NCBI RefSeq assembly: GCF_001194135.2 | Contig: NC_068987.1 | Coordinates: 65,474,012-65,522,046, forward strand | Length of the DNA: 48,035 nucleotides | Direction: 5' to 3' | Source of the DNA: Octopus bimaculoides | Lineage: Eukaryota | Part shown: piece by piece, positions 1 through 10,868 of the stretch | Layout of the letters: each line of letters begins with the position of its first letter | Position numbering within the stretch: the first letter of the stretch is position 1 | Notes under the pieces: generated by a model | Seen by the model: the letters and a program-made list of their open reading frames with translations, nothing else | Told to the model about the DNA's origin: nothing | The model's database searches: none | Translations under genes and position numbers: made by a program

Positions 1-1539
1 ACTCGAGCTTGCTCCAATCTGGCCAACCCCAAGGAAAAACTAAGTTAAGTGCATTAGATTCTTTGGAAGAAAGCAGCGAATGTATACGAAAGCAAGGACA
101 AAAAAAAAAAAACGGAGAAAGTTACACAAATACAAATAACAGGACATAACAACAGGTGTCTTTCGACTAAGGACGATTTAAATTAAGCTGGCGTGCGTGA
201 AAGTAAAGCCTTACGTCAGGGATACAAGATTTCACAGGAACAGGGAAGAATATAGATGTTGCACGGACAACGGCCGAACCAAGAAGAAAGGTGAGGCTTG
301 GCCGAACACCGGTCACGTGGGGGAGAGAAGAGAGAAAGGTAGAGGCAGAGGTACAAAAGAAATAAGAAGGAGCGAGAAAAAATGACAGGGACACTGTGAA
401 GTGAAAAGAGGAGGGAAAGTGAGCATGAAGAGGAGGCAAGGAAATGTGAGAAAGGGGGAACGAAAGAACGAAAAGTGGAATGAACGAAATAAGCGTGAAA
501 GGGCTGATAGAACGAAGGAAAGAATAAGAGAATTGAATCGTACAAGATTTAGATAAATATATACTTACATATAAGAGACCAAAGTGTACGTACGCCACTA
601 TATATATATAGATATAAAAATACAAAATGGGACAAGAACGCAAAACATCCAGACAGTTAGGTGATACAAGAAAGGGACAACAAAACATCCAGATAGACGA
701 TACAAAGAAAACAAGGACAGGTTATTCGGAGTTTTCTTTCCTCAGTCGAGTTCGAGATTATCTTTGCAATTTCGGCTGGTTATACTAGAGAGAGAGAGAG
801 AGAGAAGCATACAGCACTTGACAATTCTAGCAAATGACCACCTTATCTTTATTTACAGCGGAATGAGATATCAAGAAGAAAATAAATCAGATTTTGAAAA
901 GAAGAAGNNNNNNNNNNNNNNNNNNNNNNNNNNNNNNNNNNNNNNNNNNNNNNNNNNNNNNNNNNNNNNNNNNNNNNNNNNNNNNNNNNNNNNNNNNNNN
1001 NNNNNNNNNNNNNNNNNNNNNNNNNNNNNNNNNNNNNNNNNNNNNNNNNNNNNNNNNNNNNNNNNNNNNNNNNNNNNNNNNNNNNNNNNNNNNNNNNNNN
1101 NNNNNNNNNNNNNNNNNNNNNNNNNNNNNNNNNNNNNNNNNNNNNNNNNNNNNNNNNNNNNNNNNNNNNNNNNNNNNNNNNNNNNNNNNNNNNNNNNNNN
1201 NNNNNNNNNNNNNNNNNNNNNNNNNNNNNNNNNNNNNNNNNNNNNNNNNNNNNNNNNNNNNNNNNNNNNNNNNNNNNNNNNNNNNNNNNNNNNNNNNNNN
1301 NNNNNNNNNNNNNNNNNNNNNNNNNNNNNNNNNNNNNNNNNNNNNNNNNNNNNNNNNNNNNNNNNNNNNNNNNNNNNNNNNNNNNNNNNNNNNNNNNNNN
1401 NNNNNNNNNNNNNNNNNNNNNNNNNNNNNNNNNNNNNNNNNNNNNNNNNNNNNNNNNNNNNNNNNNNNNNNNNNNNNNNNNNNNNNNNNNNNNNNNNNNN
1501 NNNNNNNNNNNNNNNNNGTTAGCGCGTTGGATATAATGC

Positions 1540-2610
1540 ATAGCAACATTTCACTTGTCCTTTTACATTGCACTCAAATCCGACAGAGGTTAACTTTGCC
1601 GTTCACCCTTTCGGCTTCTACGAAATAAGTGGCAGTTCAACACTGGCGTCGATGTACGAGGGCGTGCTAAAAAGTTCCTGGCTTTGGGTAAAAGAAAATA
1701 CAAGAGGATCATGTAATTATGAATTTATTCGACATATTCCTCCTCTCAGATTCACACACTTATTGCAGCGGTCCTTCAGTTTTTCCAAGCCCTGTAAAAG
1801 AACTCGGTAGGTTGGGTCTCCAACTAGGCCTTTCACGATACCCTTAAATCCAGGAACTTTTCAGCAACCTCTCATGACCTCCCCCTCTCCTCCAAAACTG
1901 CTGGACCCGTGTCAAAATTTGAAAGCATTAAGCGTTAAGGTGGCAAGCTCACAGAGTAATTACCGCACCGAACAAAATGCTTAGCGGCATTTCGCTCGTT
2001 TTTATATTCTGGGCTCAAATTCCACCGAGGTTGACATTGCCTTTCATTCTCACGGGGTCGATAAAATAAGTATCTGTAAAGCATTAGGGTCGATATAATC
2101 GACTAGCCCTCTCTCACAAAACTTCAGACCATGTGCGTATAGAAGAAGGAAAATTAGAAATTATTATAGTTTTGAAGCAGCGAGCTAAGAGAATCGTTAA
2201 CGCGTCGCACAAAAGACTTAGCGGCGTTTCTCTCGGCTCTTTACGTTCTGCGATCAAATCTCGCTGACGTTAATTTTGTATTTCAACCTTTCGAGGATTG
2301 ATAAAATAAAGTACCAGTCAAATACTGGTGGTGATATGATGACTTCTTTTCTCCCCAAACTGCTGGTCTTATGCCAAAATTTGAAACAATTATTGTTGGC
2401 AAGTCTAGGTAGAGTTGCCAGAATGTCGGCTGGAAAATGCTTTACGGTATTCGTCCCGGATCTCTACGCTCCGAGTTCAATTTCTACCAAGGAGCTAAGC
2501 TTTGTTTTTCAACCTTTCAGGGTCTGTAAATAAAGTACTAGAACTGGGAGTGGTGATGGGGGTTGGTTGTTTCTGTTCTTCGTATTCTCCCTTCTCTTTT
2601 TCTCTTATTT
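1540..2610 (+). mobile_element. Head-to-tail array of about 4 diverged tRNA-derived SINEs (here called family A)
   Basis: Repeated module: head GGCGAGCTGGCAGAATCGTTAGC-like, B-box-like GTTCTGAGTTCAAATTCC, central GAGGTCGACTTTGCCTTTCATCCTTTCGGGGTCGATAAAATAAGTACC, tail GGCCTTGTGCCAAAATTTGAAA. Copies start near 1540, 1937, 2176 and 2405. The first copy is interrupted by a MITE. Confidence 0.8.
1657..1875. mobile_element. Mariner-type MITE nested in a family A SINE
   Basis: Left end TA|CGAGGGCGTGCTAAAAAGTTCCTGGCTT matches the reverse complement of the right end ATCCAGGAACTTTTCAGCAACCTCTCAT. Inserted at the TA of the SINE motif GTCGATGTA; SINE sequence resumes at 1876. Confidence 0.8.
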
Positions 2611-2779
2611 AGAAGACGTCGGCTGTGATCAAACCTGGAGAGTAATGCTCTCTACCAGAATTAGATGCCCAAGAAGCAAAATATGTCACTGTGGTGCCTC
2701 TACCGCTCCATTAGGAATTCAGGTTTTAAGATTAGAGTTTTCCACCGACTCGTTGTTCCTTTAATACATTTTCTGTCAG

Positions 2780-2965
2780 AATCAGACCAGCACCATGAGT
2801 ATCAAAGATGGCATCAGAAATCCTGATACAGCCAACTCGACTGGATTTCCCCAAATATTTTTGCCTACCCATCTTTACTCAGAAGGAATTAAGTTGTTGG
2901 ATTCGAAATCAAAATCTCCTGATTACATTCGGCTATGTTTCCGCGCACTAACACACATAAAGAAG
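2780..2965 (+). CDS. Weak candidate internal exon (phase 0-0, 62 codons), product unknown
   Basis: Acceptor CATTTTCTGTCAG| at 2779 and donor AAG|GTGAAA at 2966. Frame open throughout (NQTSTMSIKDGIRNPDTANSTGFPQIFLPTHLYSEGIKLLDSKSKSPDYIRLCFRALTHIKK); the other two + frames have stops. No homology recognised and no partner exon found. Confidence 0.25.
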
Positions 2966-2995
2966 GTGAAATAATTATATAAATACAAAGCCATA

Positions 2996-2997
<2 letters not shown>

Positions 2998-3078
<81 letters not shown>
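2998..3078. repeat. (CA)n microsatellite
   Basis: Direct reading. Confidence 0.95.
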
Positions 3079-3083
<5 letters not shown>

Positions 3084-3406
3084 AAGTGAAATAATTATAT
3101 AGCTAGTCCTACATAACGTACACTCACGAACACATACACATTCATACTTGCGCGCGCCCTCCTCCCCACACACAAAGAAATAATTACATCATTACATACA
3201 CAGTCACACAGACACATACGTACGCACATACGCGCAAATATTCGGAAACGCATGCAACACGTTGCAATTTTTTTGTTTTTAAGCCAACCAAATCTATTTG
3301 AAATACGACTTACAGCATAAAATATATAACAACTTGACGAACCAATGAAGCAGTCTCTAGTTAATAGCTTGTGTTGCTAGAAATAGCAGCCAAATCTACC
3401 TGAAAC

Positions 3407-3556
3407 TGGTTTTAAATTTTGGCACAAGTGCAGCAATTTTCAGGAGGGGAAAAGTCGATTACAAGTCGGAGGAATTTGTACCCAGAACCTAAAGGCAGAC
3501 GAAATGCTACTAAGCATTTTGTCAGGTGTGCTAACGATTCTGCTTACTCACCGCCC
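3407..3556 (-). mobile_element. Family A SINE with internal deletion
   Basis: Reverse complement shows head, B-box region and tail; most of the central domain is missing. Confidence 0.75.
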
Positions 3557-3570
3557 TATATAGTTTTAAT

Positions 3571-3958
3571 TGTTGTTGCTGGCACTCCGTGGCTTACGAC
3601 GTCGAGGGTTCCAGTTGATCCGATCAAAGGAACAGCCTGCTCGTGAAATTAACGTGCAAGTGGCTGAGCACTCCACAGACACGTGTACCCTTAACGTAGT
3701 TCTCGGGGATATTTAGCGTGACACAGTGTGACAAGGCTGACCCTTTGAATTACAGGCACAACAGAAACAGGAAGTAAGAGTGAGAGAAAGTTGTGGTGAA
3801 AGAGTACAGCAGGGTTCGCCACCACCCCCTGCTGGAGCCTCGTGGAACTTTAGGTGTTTTCTCTCAATAAACACTTACAACGCCCGGTCTGGGAATCGAA
3901 ACCGTGATCCTATGACCGCGAGTCCGCTGCCCTAACCACTTGGCCATTGCGCCTCCAC
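3571..3958 (-). mobile_element. tRNA-derived SINE, family B, full length with TSD
   Basis: Minus-strand head GGCGCAATGGCCAAGTGGTTAGGGCAGCGGACTCGCGGTC...GGTTTCGATTCCC (A box, B-box-like), (ACA)n tail. Imperfect 11-bp TSD ATAGTTT(T/A)AAT at 3560-3570 and 3959-3969. Confidence 0.9.
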
Positions 3959-3969
3959 ATAGTTTAAAT

Positions 3970-4190
3970 AATGGCATCAAATTTTGCCACAAGGCCAGCA
4001 ATTGTAAAGCTGGGAGGAGATGTCGATTGCATTGACACCAATGTTCAACTGGTGCTTATTTTATCAAACTTGAAAGAATGAAAAGCAAAGTCGACCTCGG
4101 CGGAATTTGAATTCAGAACGTAATGACAGACGAAATGCCACTAAGCGTTTTCCCCGGTTTGCTAACGATCCTGGCAGCTTTCCGCCCTAA
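3970..4190 (-). mobile_element. Family A SINE
   Basis: Near-complete reverse-complement copy including AAAGTCGACCTCGGCGGAATTTGAA. Confidence 0.85.
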
Positions 4191-4419
4191 AATCCACCTG
4201 AAATTACACTCTAACGCTTGTTTTTAGAAATCAAAGGACACACTTGTCAGAGATGTACCATAAATAAAAGACGAGAGAGTCATGGTTGTAACGCGTTTAA
4301 TGATAGATCTACTAGATTAGGGTTTCTTTTGGAATTAAACAATAACAGTAGGCTTTGAACTCGTCTAATGATAAGGCTTTGGACTCGTATAATTTGACAC
4401 GTACAGGATTGGCCAACAT

Positions 4420-5560
4420 AAGCTGCAGCAACAACATATTCAACACCGACTGCAACACTAGTACCAACAGTAGCACGAAATTAGCACCGACATCAGTAGT
4501 TGCAGCAACATTAGCAACAACAGTAGCAACAATAGCAAGAGCAACAGCAGCAGTAGCGGCAACTATAACAGCAATAACGAAATCAGCAGCAGCAGTAGCA
4601 TCAACAGCTGCAGCAGAGGTAGAAATACGAGCCGCAGCAGCTGTAGCAGCAATTGCAGCCGTTGAAACAGCATCAGCAGTAGCAGCAGCAGTTTTAGCTG
4701 TAACAGCAACAGCAGCATTCACAACAGCATTAGATGCAGCAATAACAGAAATAGCTGCAATAGCAAGTGTGGCATTATCAGCAACAGCAGCAATACATAC
4801 ATGCATACATACACGCATGCATGCATACATGCGTACATACGTACGTACATACATATATGCATGCATACATGCATACATGGATGCATACATAATACGTACA
4901 TACATNNNNNNNNNNNNNNNNNNNNNNNNNNNNNNNNNNNNNNNNNNNNNNNNNNNNNNNNNNNNNNNNNNNNNNNNNNNNNNNNNNNNNNNNNNNNNNN
5001 NNNNNNNNNNNNNNNNNNNNNNNNNNNNNNNNNNNNNNNNNNNNNNNNNNNNNNNNNNNNNNNNNNNNNNNNNNNNNNNNNNNNNNNNNNNNNNNNNNNN
5101 NNNNNNNNNNNNNNNNNNNNNNNNACAACAACAACAACAACAACAACAACAATAGCAAGACTACCAATACCGCCACTACCACCACTACCACCACCGCTAC
5201 CCCCAGCACCAGCAGCAACAGCAGCAGCGGAAGCAACAAAAGCAACAACAGAAACAACAGTAGTAGCAGCACCAACAACAGCAACAACAACAACAACAAC
5301 AATAACAACAGCAGCAGCAGCAGCAGCAGCAACAACAACAACAAAAACAGCAGAAGCAACAAAAATAACAACTGCAGCAAGAACAGAAGCAGCAGCACCA
5401 ACAGCATCAACAGCACAGCAACAAGAGCAGCAGCAATTACAGCAGTCAAATAAATTTAGTATCGCCGATTTCAATGTATAACTAAATATATTTTACTGCT
5501 GTTCTTGCTGCCATTGTTGCTGCTGCTGCTACTGCTGCTGTTTTTGTGGTTGCTGTTATT
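4420..5560. repeat. Degenerate (GCA/ACA)n and (TACA/TGCA)n low-complexity region spanning a gap, followed by an opposed (GCT/GTT)n tract
   Basis: Direct reading; explains the Ala/Thr, Gln and Leu/Val-rich ORFs in the track. Confidence 0.9.
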
Positions 5561-5569
5561 GACGTGTTG

Positions 5570-6447
5570 TCATAAATCGGTAAAAGAAGGTCAGTGGATT
5601 GGCAGAATCGCTAGAGCTTAGCGACATTTGTTCCAAGTATGAGTTCAATTTCGAGTTCAAATCCTGCTGAGGTCAAGTTTGCCTTTGATTTCTCCGTTAT
5701 CGAAGTATCAGCGTTTATCGGAGTCGATGCTATTGGCTAGTCCCCTCCTCTTAAAATTTCTTTGTTTTCGAGCCTAAGTCAGAAATCATTATTACAAGAT
5801 GATGAGCTGAGAGAATATTCGAGAAAATTGGGAAAAAATGTGCTTGTTCTGACACTTTAGTCTCTGAGTTCAAATCTCACTGAAGCCAACTTTACCTTTC
5901 ATCACTTCGCAGTCGATAAAATAATGTACCAGTGAAGTACTGAGATCCACTGTATCAACTAGCCCCTTCTCCTCAGCAATGCTAGCCTTGTGGTTAAAAC
6001 AGAAAGCGTTAATAAGTAGACGGATATTAAGAATCGTTAGCACGTCGTACAGGGCTTAGCTGTATTTCGCCCGTTCTGACTTCAAGTTCTACCGAGGTCG
6101 ACTTTGCCCTTCATCTTTTTTTAGGGGCAGAAAGCTGGCAGAATCGTTAGCATGACGTACACAATGCTTTTGTCCGTCTTTACGTTCAGAGTTCAAATTG
6201 TGACGAGGCTGATTTTGCCTTTTATCCTTTTAAAGGCGGCGAGCTGGCAGAATCGATAGCACACCATATAATATTCTTAGCAGCAGTTTGTCCGTCTTTG
6301 CGTTCTGAGTTCAAATTCTGCTGAGGTCAACTTTACCTTTCATCCTTTCGAGATAGAAAAGTACTAGTTGAGCACTGGAGTCAATGTAATCAATTTACTT
6401 CTTCCTCTGAACTGCTGGCCTTGTGGCAAAATTTGGAACCAATAAAT
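5570..6447 (+). mobile_element. Head-to-tail array of about 5 family A SINEs (some partial)
   Basis: Heads near 5572, 5800, 6015, 6125 and 6234, each followed by GTTCTGAGTTCAAAT-like and GAGGTC(G/A)ACTTT motifs. Confidence 0.8.
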
Positions 6448-6826
6448 TGTATTGTTGGCACTCCGCCGCTTACGACGTCTAGGGTTCCAGTTGATCCGAT
6501 CAAAGGAACAGCCTGCTCGTGAAATTAACGTGCAAGTGGCTGAGCACTCCACAGACACGTGTACCCTTAACATAGTTCTCGGGGATATTTAGCGTGACAC
6601 AGTGTGACAAGGCTGACCCATTGAATTACAGGCACAATAGAAACAGGAAGTAAGAGAAAGTTGTGGTGAAAGAGTACAGCAGGGTTCGCCACCATTCCCT
6701 GCCGGAGCCTCGTGGAGCTTTAGGTGTTTTCGCTCAATAAACACTCACAACGCCCGGTCCGGGAATCGAAACCCCGATCTTATGACCGCGAGTCCGCTGC
6801 CCTAGCCACTGGGCCATTGCGCCTCT
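6448..6826 (-). mobile_element. tRNA-derived SINE, family B, full length with 12-bp TSD
   Basis: Highly similar to 3571-3958. Perfect TSD GAACCAATAAAT at 6436-6447 and 6827-6838. A box TGGCCCAGTGG. Confidence 0.9.
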
Positions 6827-6844
6827 GAACCAATAAATAGATGG

Positions 6845-7060
6845 GTAACAAATTGGTAGAGTTGTTAGAGCATCAGACAGAATGCTTGGCAATATTTTTT
6901 TCAGCTCTTTACATTCTGAGTTCAAGTCCACCGAGGCCAGCTTTATCTTTCATCCTTTTGCAGCCGATACAATATAGTATGAGTGAAGCATCAGAGCCGA
7001 TTGTATAAATTAAAACCCTCCCACAGATTTCAGATTTTGTGTCTATGCTTGAAATGATTG
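6845..7060 (+). mobile_element. Diverged family A SINE
   Basis: TTCTGAGTTCAAGTCCACCGAGGCCAGCTTTATCTTTCATCCTTTT plus decayed tail. Confidence 0.7.
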
Positions 7061-7184
7061 CTTTACATTAGTGTAAGAAGATCTAAACTATGTAAAGAAA
7101 AGGTAAAGCTAAATTCCACAGGTTTCAGCCTATGATTCTACGATTGGTAGTTACTTTATCGATCATCCTTTATAAGATGATGAG

Positions 7185-10100
7185 CGAAGTCAGGTGTAGC
7201 TCAGAATCGGGCGGCGGGGTTGCACTGCTGGCAGTCTTCTTCGACCCGGATGGTAAATTGGTGGTCCTATAGGTGAGCGGCAGAGAAAGTGGCGCCTTTA
7301 GACTGGTGACCGTTATGTCCCGACAGGCTGGAAGGCCAGACTTCTTCAGACGTTTAAAGAATTCTTGGGAATATTTCGCTCTATAGTACTAGTAGGGGAC
7401 TGGACGCACACTGTAGTAGAGACTAACACATTGTAGTAAGAGGTGCAAAAGCTTCGAAAACCTGCTCAGAAACTTCCAGTGTGGACATGGAGCAACATCA
7501 GTGGATCATCCAGATCGTATCTAGAGTATTTGTTAGGTCAGCGGATAGGGTTGTGTAGGTTGTCGACAGTTCAAATTAGCCGGCTACACGGACGACATAT
7601 TTACGATCTGCTTTGTCGAATATAGATAGGACTCGTAGACAGGGACCAGGTTACCGGAAGTTCTTACTGGTATGCAAAGCGTATAGGCATCGGATTAGTG
7701 AACTAGCTAAGTGGCAGTTGACGAAGGTAATCGTCAAAAACTGGTGGTGGATCACCCTGAAGAGGGCGATTAGAATAGAATCAATAGTGTTTAGCAAAGA
7801 ACTGGAAAAACAAAGAAATATATTCGAAGGAGAACTAGTTAGTAACTTAGAAGAGACGATTGGTAAAAGTATCGTGATCGACGTGCCAGCGGCGAGAATG
7901 GCCCTTGACCATTTCCTTGAGGCAAAACACGAAATCTGTGTTGCAAAAGCTAAGGCCCGTGCGCTTAAACACGAAGGAACTAAAGTCATCCGATGGACTC
8001 GAACGATGGAGACAAGATGAGGCAACAAAACTACGATCAGGTCTTTGACAGGCCGAGACGGGCGCATACTTCTCGGTTCCGAACAGATGTGTGCGACTTC
8101 CCAGCAGCACTTCGCACGATTGTTTGGGGAGGATGATGCGTCGGTGACGGTAGTGGAGTGTAGTTCGTACCTAGACAGCCTGCCACGGCTCTCGGAAGTG
8201 GGCGTGAGCTTTTGCGAAAAGTCAATAACAGTCGCTTAAATCGCAGTCGCTTAATCATTGCAAATCGCCCGGTTTTGATAGTCTGTACAATGAATTCTCG
8301 AGTTCATGCCAGACTTGTGCGGTGGCCCCTCTTGGTAGACATTTACCGTAACTGAAAGCAGAACAGGTGAATTCTTAGTGTTGTTAACCAAGGAATGGTA
8401 ACACCGCTGAAGAAAGTCGCTTACGAAGGGAATGTGCTAGGTAATTTTCCGCTGATAACTCTGCTATACACGGTGTTTAAAATTTTGGCATTGGTGTCCG
8501 TGAAAATGTTGGCGCTTGTCCTCGGAGCCTGGCTGGGCGAGCGCAAACATGCGCTATCCAGAACAGGACTATCCATGACAACCTACATTTTATGCGAAAC
8601 ATCACTGAGAGGGCTAGGACAAAAGTTGGTTTCAGTGGGGTCCTGATCAAGTTGGATCAGTCTAAAGCATTCGATAGGGGTCGACCATCGTTACTTGGAA
8701 GCCGTCCTGGAATTGGCCGGCTTCGGACCCGTTTTCAGAGTCGCTGTAATACACAGCGGCACCTGCTTAGTAGTCAAAATAAAAGGAACCATTTCGTATC
8801 ACACGCTCGGTTCGCCAGGGAAGTTTGCACTCGCCCCTCCTGAAGTGAAGGCAGTTTGTATCATTATAAAGGAATACGAGTCAGTGGCAGGAGTCAAAAC
8901 CAACGCAGACAAGTTGGTAGGCTTGCAGTTGGGATCCTGAGAGGCAGGTCTATGCCGTCGGACGCCGTTGTTTGATGCTGGACTAACAGACCCGTTAAAC
9001 TGCTTGGGATCTCGTTCAATCTCGACCTCCAGGTGGCTAAGAACTGGGACTAAATGACAAAAAGGCGGCTAGTGTTACCCATAAATGGATAGAAAGGAAG
9101 CTGTACTTGAAAGGGCGGTCAGAAGTGGCGAATGCTTACATCATCATCTATCGCCTAACCGTCGTGCCTTGCCACAACAACGTCTTGATCAGTTTGGAGC
9201 ATATATTATTTAGCTTCTTGTGGAAGGGACGAATTCCAATGGTCATGCAGTCAATGTGTTGTTAGCGTTCACTGCATGGCAGCTACAGCATGCTATTGCT
9301 GCTAATGCACAGAGCGCTCTTAGGCTGCGCCACCTGCAACGATTCCTAGATGTAATCGTGTGTGGGCACCGTTCGTGTGATACGTCTTTCCGTAGCTCGT
9401 CTCCTTGACGGAACTGTAGACCTTAGTAAATGAAAGATCAAGACTGGGTGCTTGGCTTCTAGAGTGTCGCCAGGCGGTCACAGTCCTCTATAAATCGGGC
9501 AATGTGATTGGTGGATGTTTCACTTTAGTAATGTATAGAGGATTAGTGTCAGGGAAGTGTGATGACGTTTTCGGGGAGACTTTGAGGGTGGGGTTGACAA
9601 AAGTGAACTGGCTAGTCAGTTCCGAAGGACTTTCCGATTGGGTGTACTACTGATAATTTCCAGATGTCCTTGGCCTGGCAGTGCTACTGAGAGGCACTAC
9701 CGGTTCGAGATAAACTCTACTGGCATGGATATGCAGTCAGAAGGAGTTGTTCGAGATGCGTGCAGAGTAACGAAACTTTTTTGAGTGTCTGGGCATTGCT
9801 GACTTGTGGAGTTCTGTCGAACAGCTGCTGTCGCGTGTGGGACGGATCTCTAGCTGGTGGCTATTGCAAAAGAAGTCGTCTGGCGAAGAAGGCTGAACGA
9901 CATAAAAACAGATACATTCCTCTTTGGTAGAGCCCGCATCATCTTTTTCAAGTTTCACTTGAAAAGAAAAGTAAGGTCGAGGAGGGATGTGCTGTCCTCA
10001 AGCGAATTTATTGAAAGGTAAGTGAAAGAGGCAACAATGGCAAGAGAGGATCGCATCGCTTAAAGTATAGGCCTGTGAGTCAGAGGACTGGAACTGGAGC

Positions 10101-10350
10101 GGGAACTTGCGGGGTTCCTCGATTGCCTTTAAAGGCCCTCTTGTATCAGGTGACCCACATTACTATCACCCTCTTTTTTTTCTTTTACTGATGTATACTA
10201 TATATAATCCCTTTCTTTGTTTTATTGTGTACGTGTATACTTTTTTACTTTTCATTTTCTCTCTAATTATTTCATTGTATGTAAATTCCCACATTTTATG
10301 TCTGTCTTTCTATTGTCACGTCATCTGTCGCCCTAATGGCAAATGAAGAA

Positions 10351-10352
<2 letters not shown>
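7185..10352 (+). mobile_element. 5'-truncated, decayed L1/Tx1-clade non-LTR retrotransposon ORF2 (APE endonuclease, RT, C-terminal Cys motif) with 3' UTR
   Basis: Frameshifted motifs in order: GGGVALL..DPDGKLVVL, GPGYRKF (GPGYWKLN-like), LDSLPRLSE, FPLITLLYTVFKILA (RPISLLNTDYKIL-like), LIKLDQSKAFDR(VDH), EYESVAGVKTNADK, LFSFLWKG, LPVRDKLY..SCSRC. Ends in an (ATT)n tail. Confidence 0.9.

Positions 10353-10393
<41 letters not shown>
10353..10393. repeat. (TTA)n tail/microsatellite
   Basis: Direct reading. Confidence 0.9.
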
Positions 10394-10394
<1 letters not shown>

Positions 10395-10690
10395 GGGAGC
10401 GAGCAGAATCGTTAGCAAGCCGGGCAAAATGCTTAGCAGTATTTCGCCTGTCGCTACGTTCTGAGTTTAAATTCCGCCGAGGTCGACTTTGTCTTTCATC
10501 ATTTCAGGGTCGATAAAGTAAGTACCAGTTGAACACTGGGGTCGATGTAATCGACACATCCCCTCCCCCAAAATCTTCTGAGTTCAAATTCAGAACCAGT
10601 CAATAATCGACTGCTTCTGTTCCCAACCTTTAAGGCTCTGTGCCTATATTATTATTATTATTATCATCATCATCATCATTATTATTATTA

Positions 10691-10724
<34 letters not shown>

Positions 10725-10868
10725 GGTAGTGAGCTGGCAGAATCGTTATCGCGCTGGACGAAGTGCTTAGCAGTATTTCGCCTGTCGCTACGTTCTGAGT
10801 TTAAATTCCGCCGAGGTCGACTTTGTCTTTCATCATTTCAGGGTCGATAAAGTAAGTACCAGTTGAAC
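10394..10868 (+). mobile_element. Two family A SINEs separated by (TTA/TCA)n; the second runs into a gap
   Basis: Heads at about 10394 and 10723; 10430-10534 is identical to 10764-10868. Confidence 0.85.

Noticed and set aside
167-760. 173-aa minus ORF, and CTGAGGA...GAAT hammerhead-like motif at about 715-750 (minus)
   Set aside because: The ORF is the complement of a purine-rich low-complexity tract. The motif lacks stem I pairing and an intact GAAA; at best a decayed repeat end.
4312-5481. Ala/Thr-rich, antifreeze- or mucin-like ORFs
   Set aside because: Degenerate (RCA)n repeat. The GCA/ACA frame stays open under C-to-T decay, and the ORFs run through (TACA)n and a gap. The same applies to 24400-24487.
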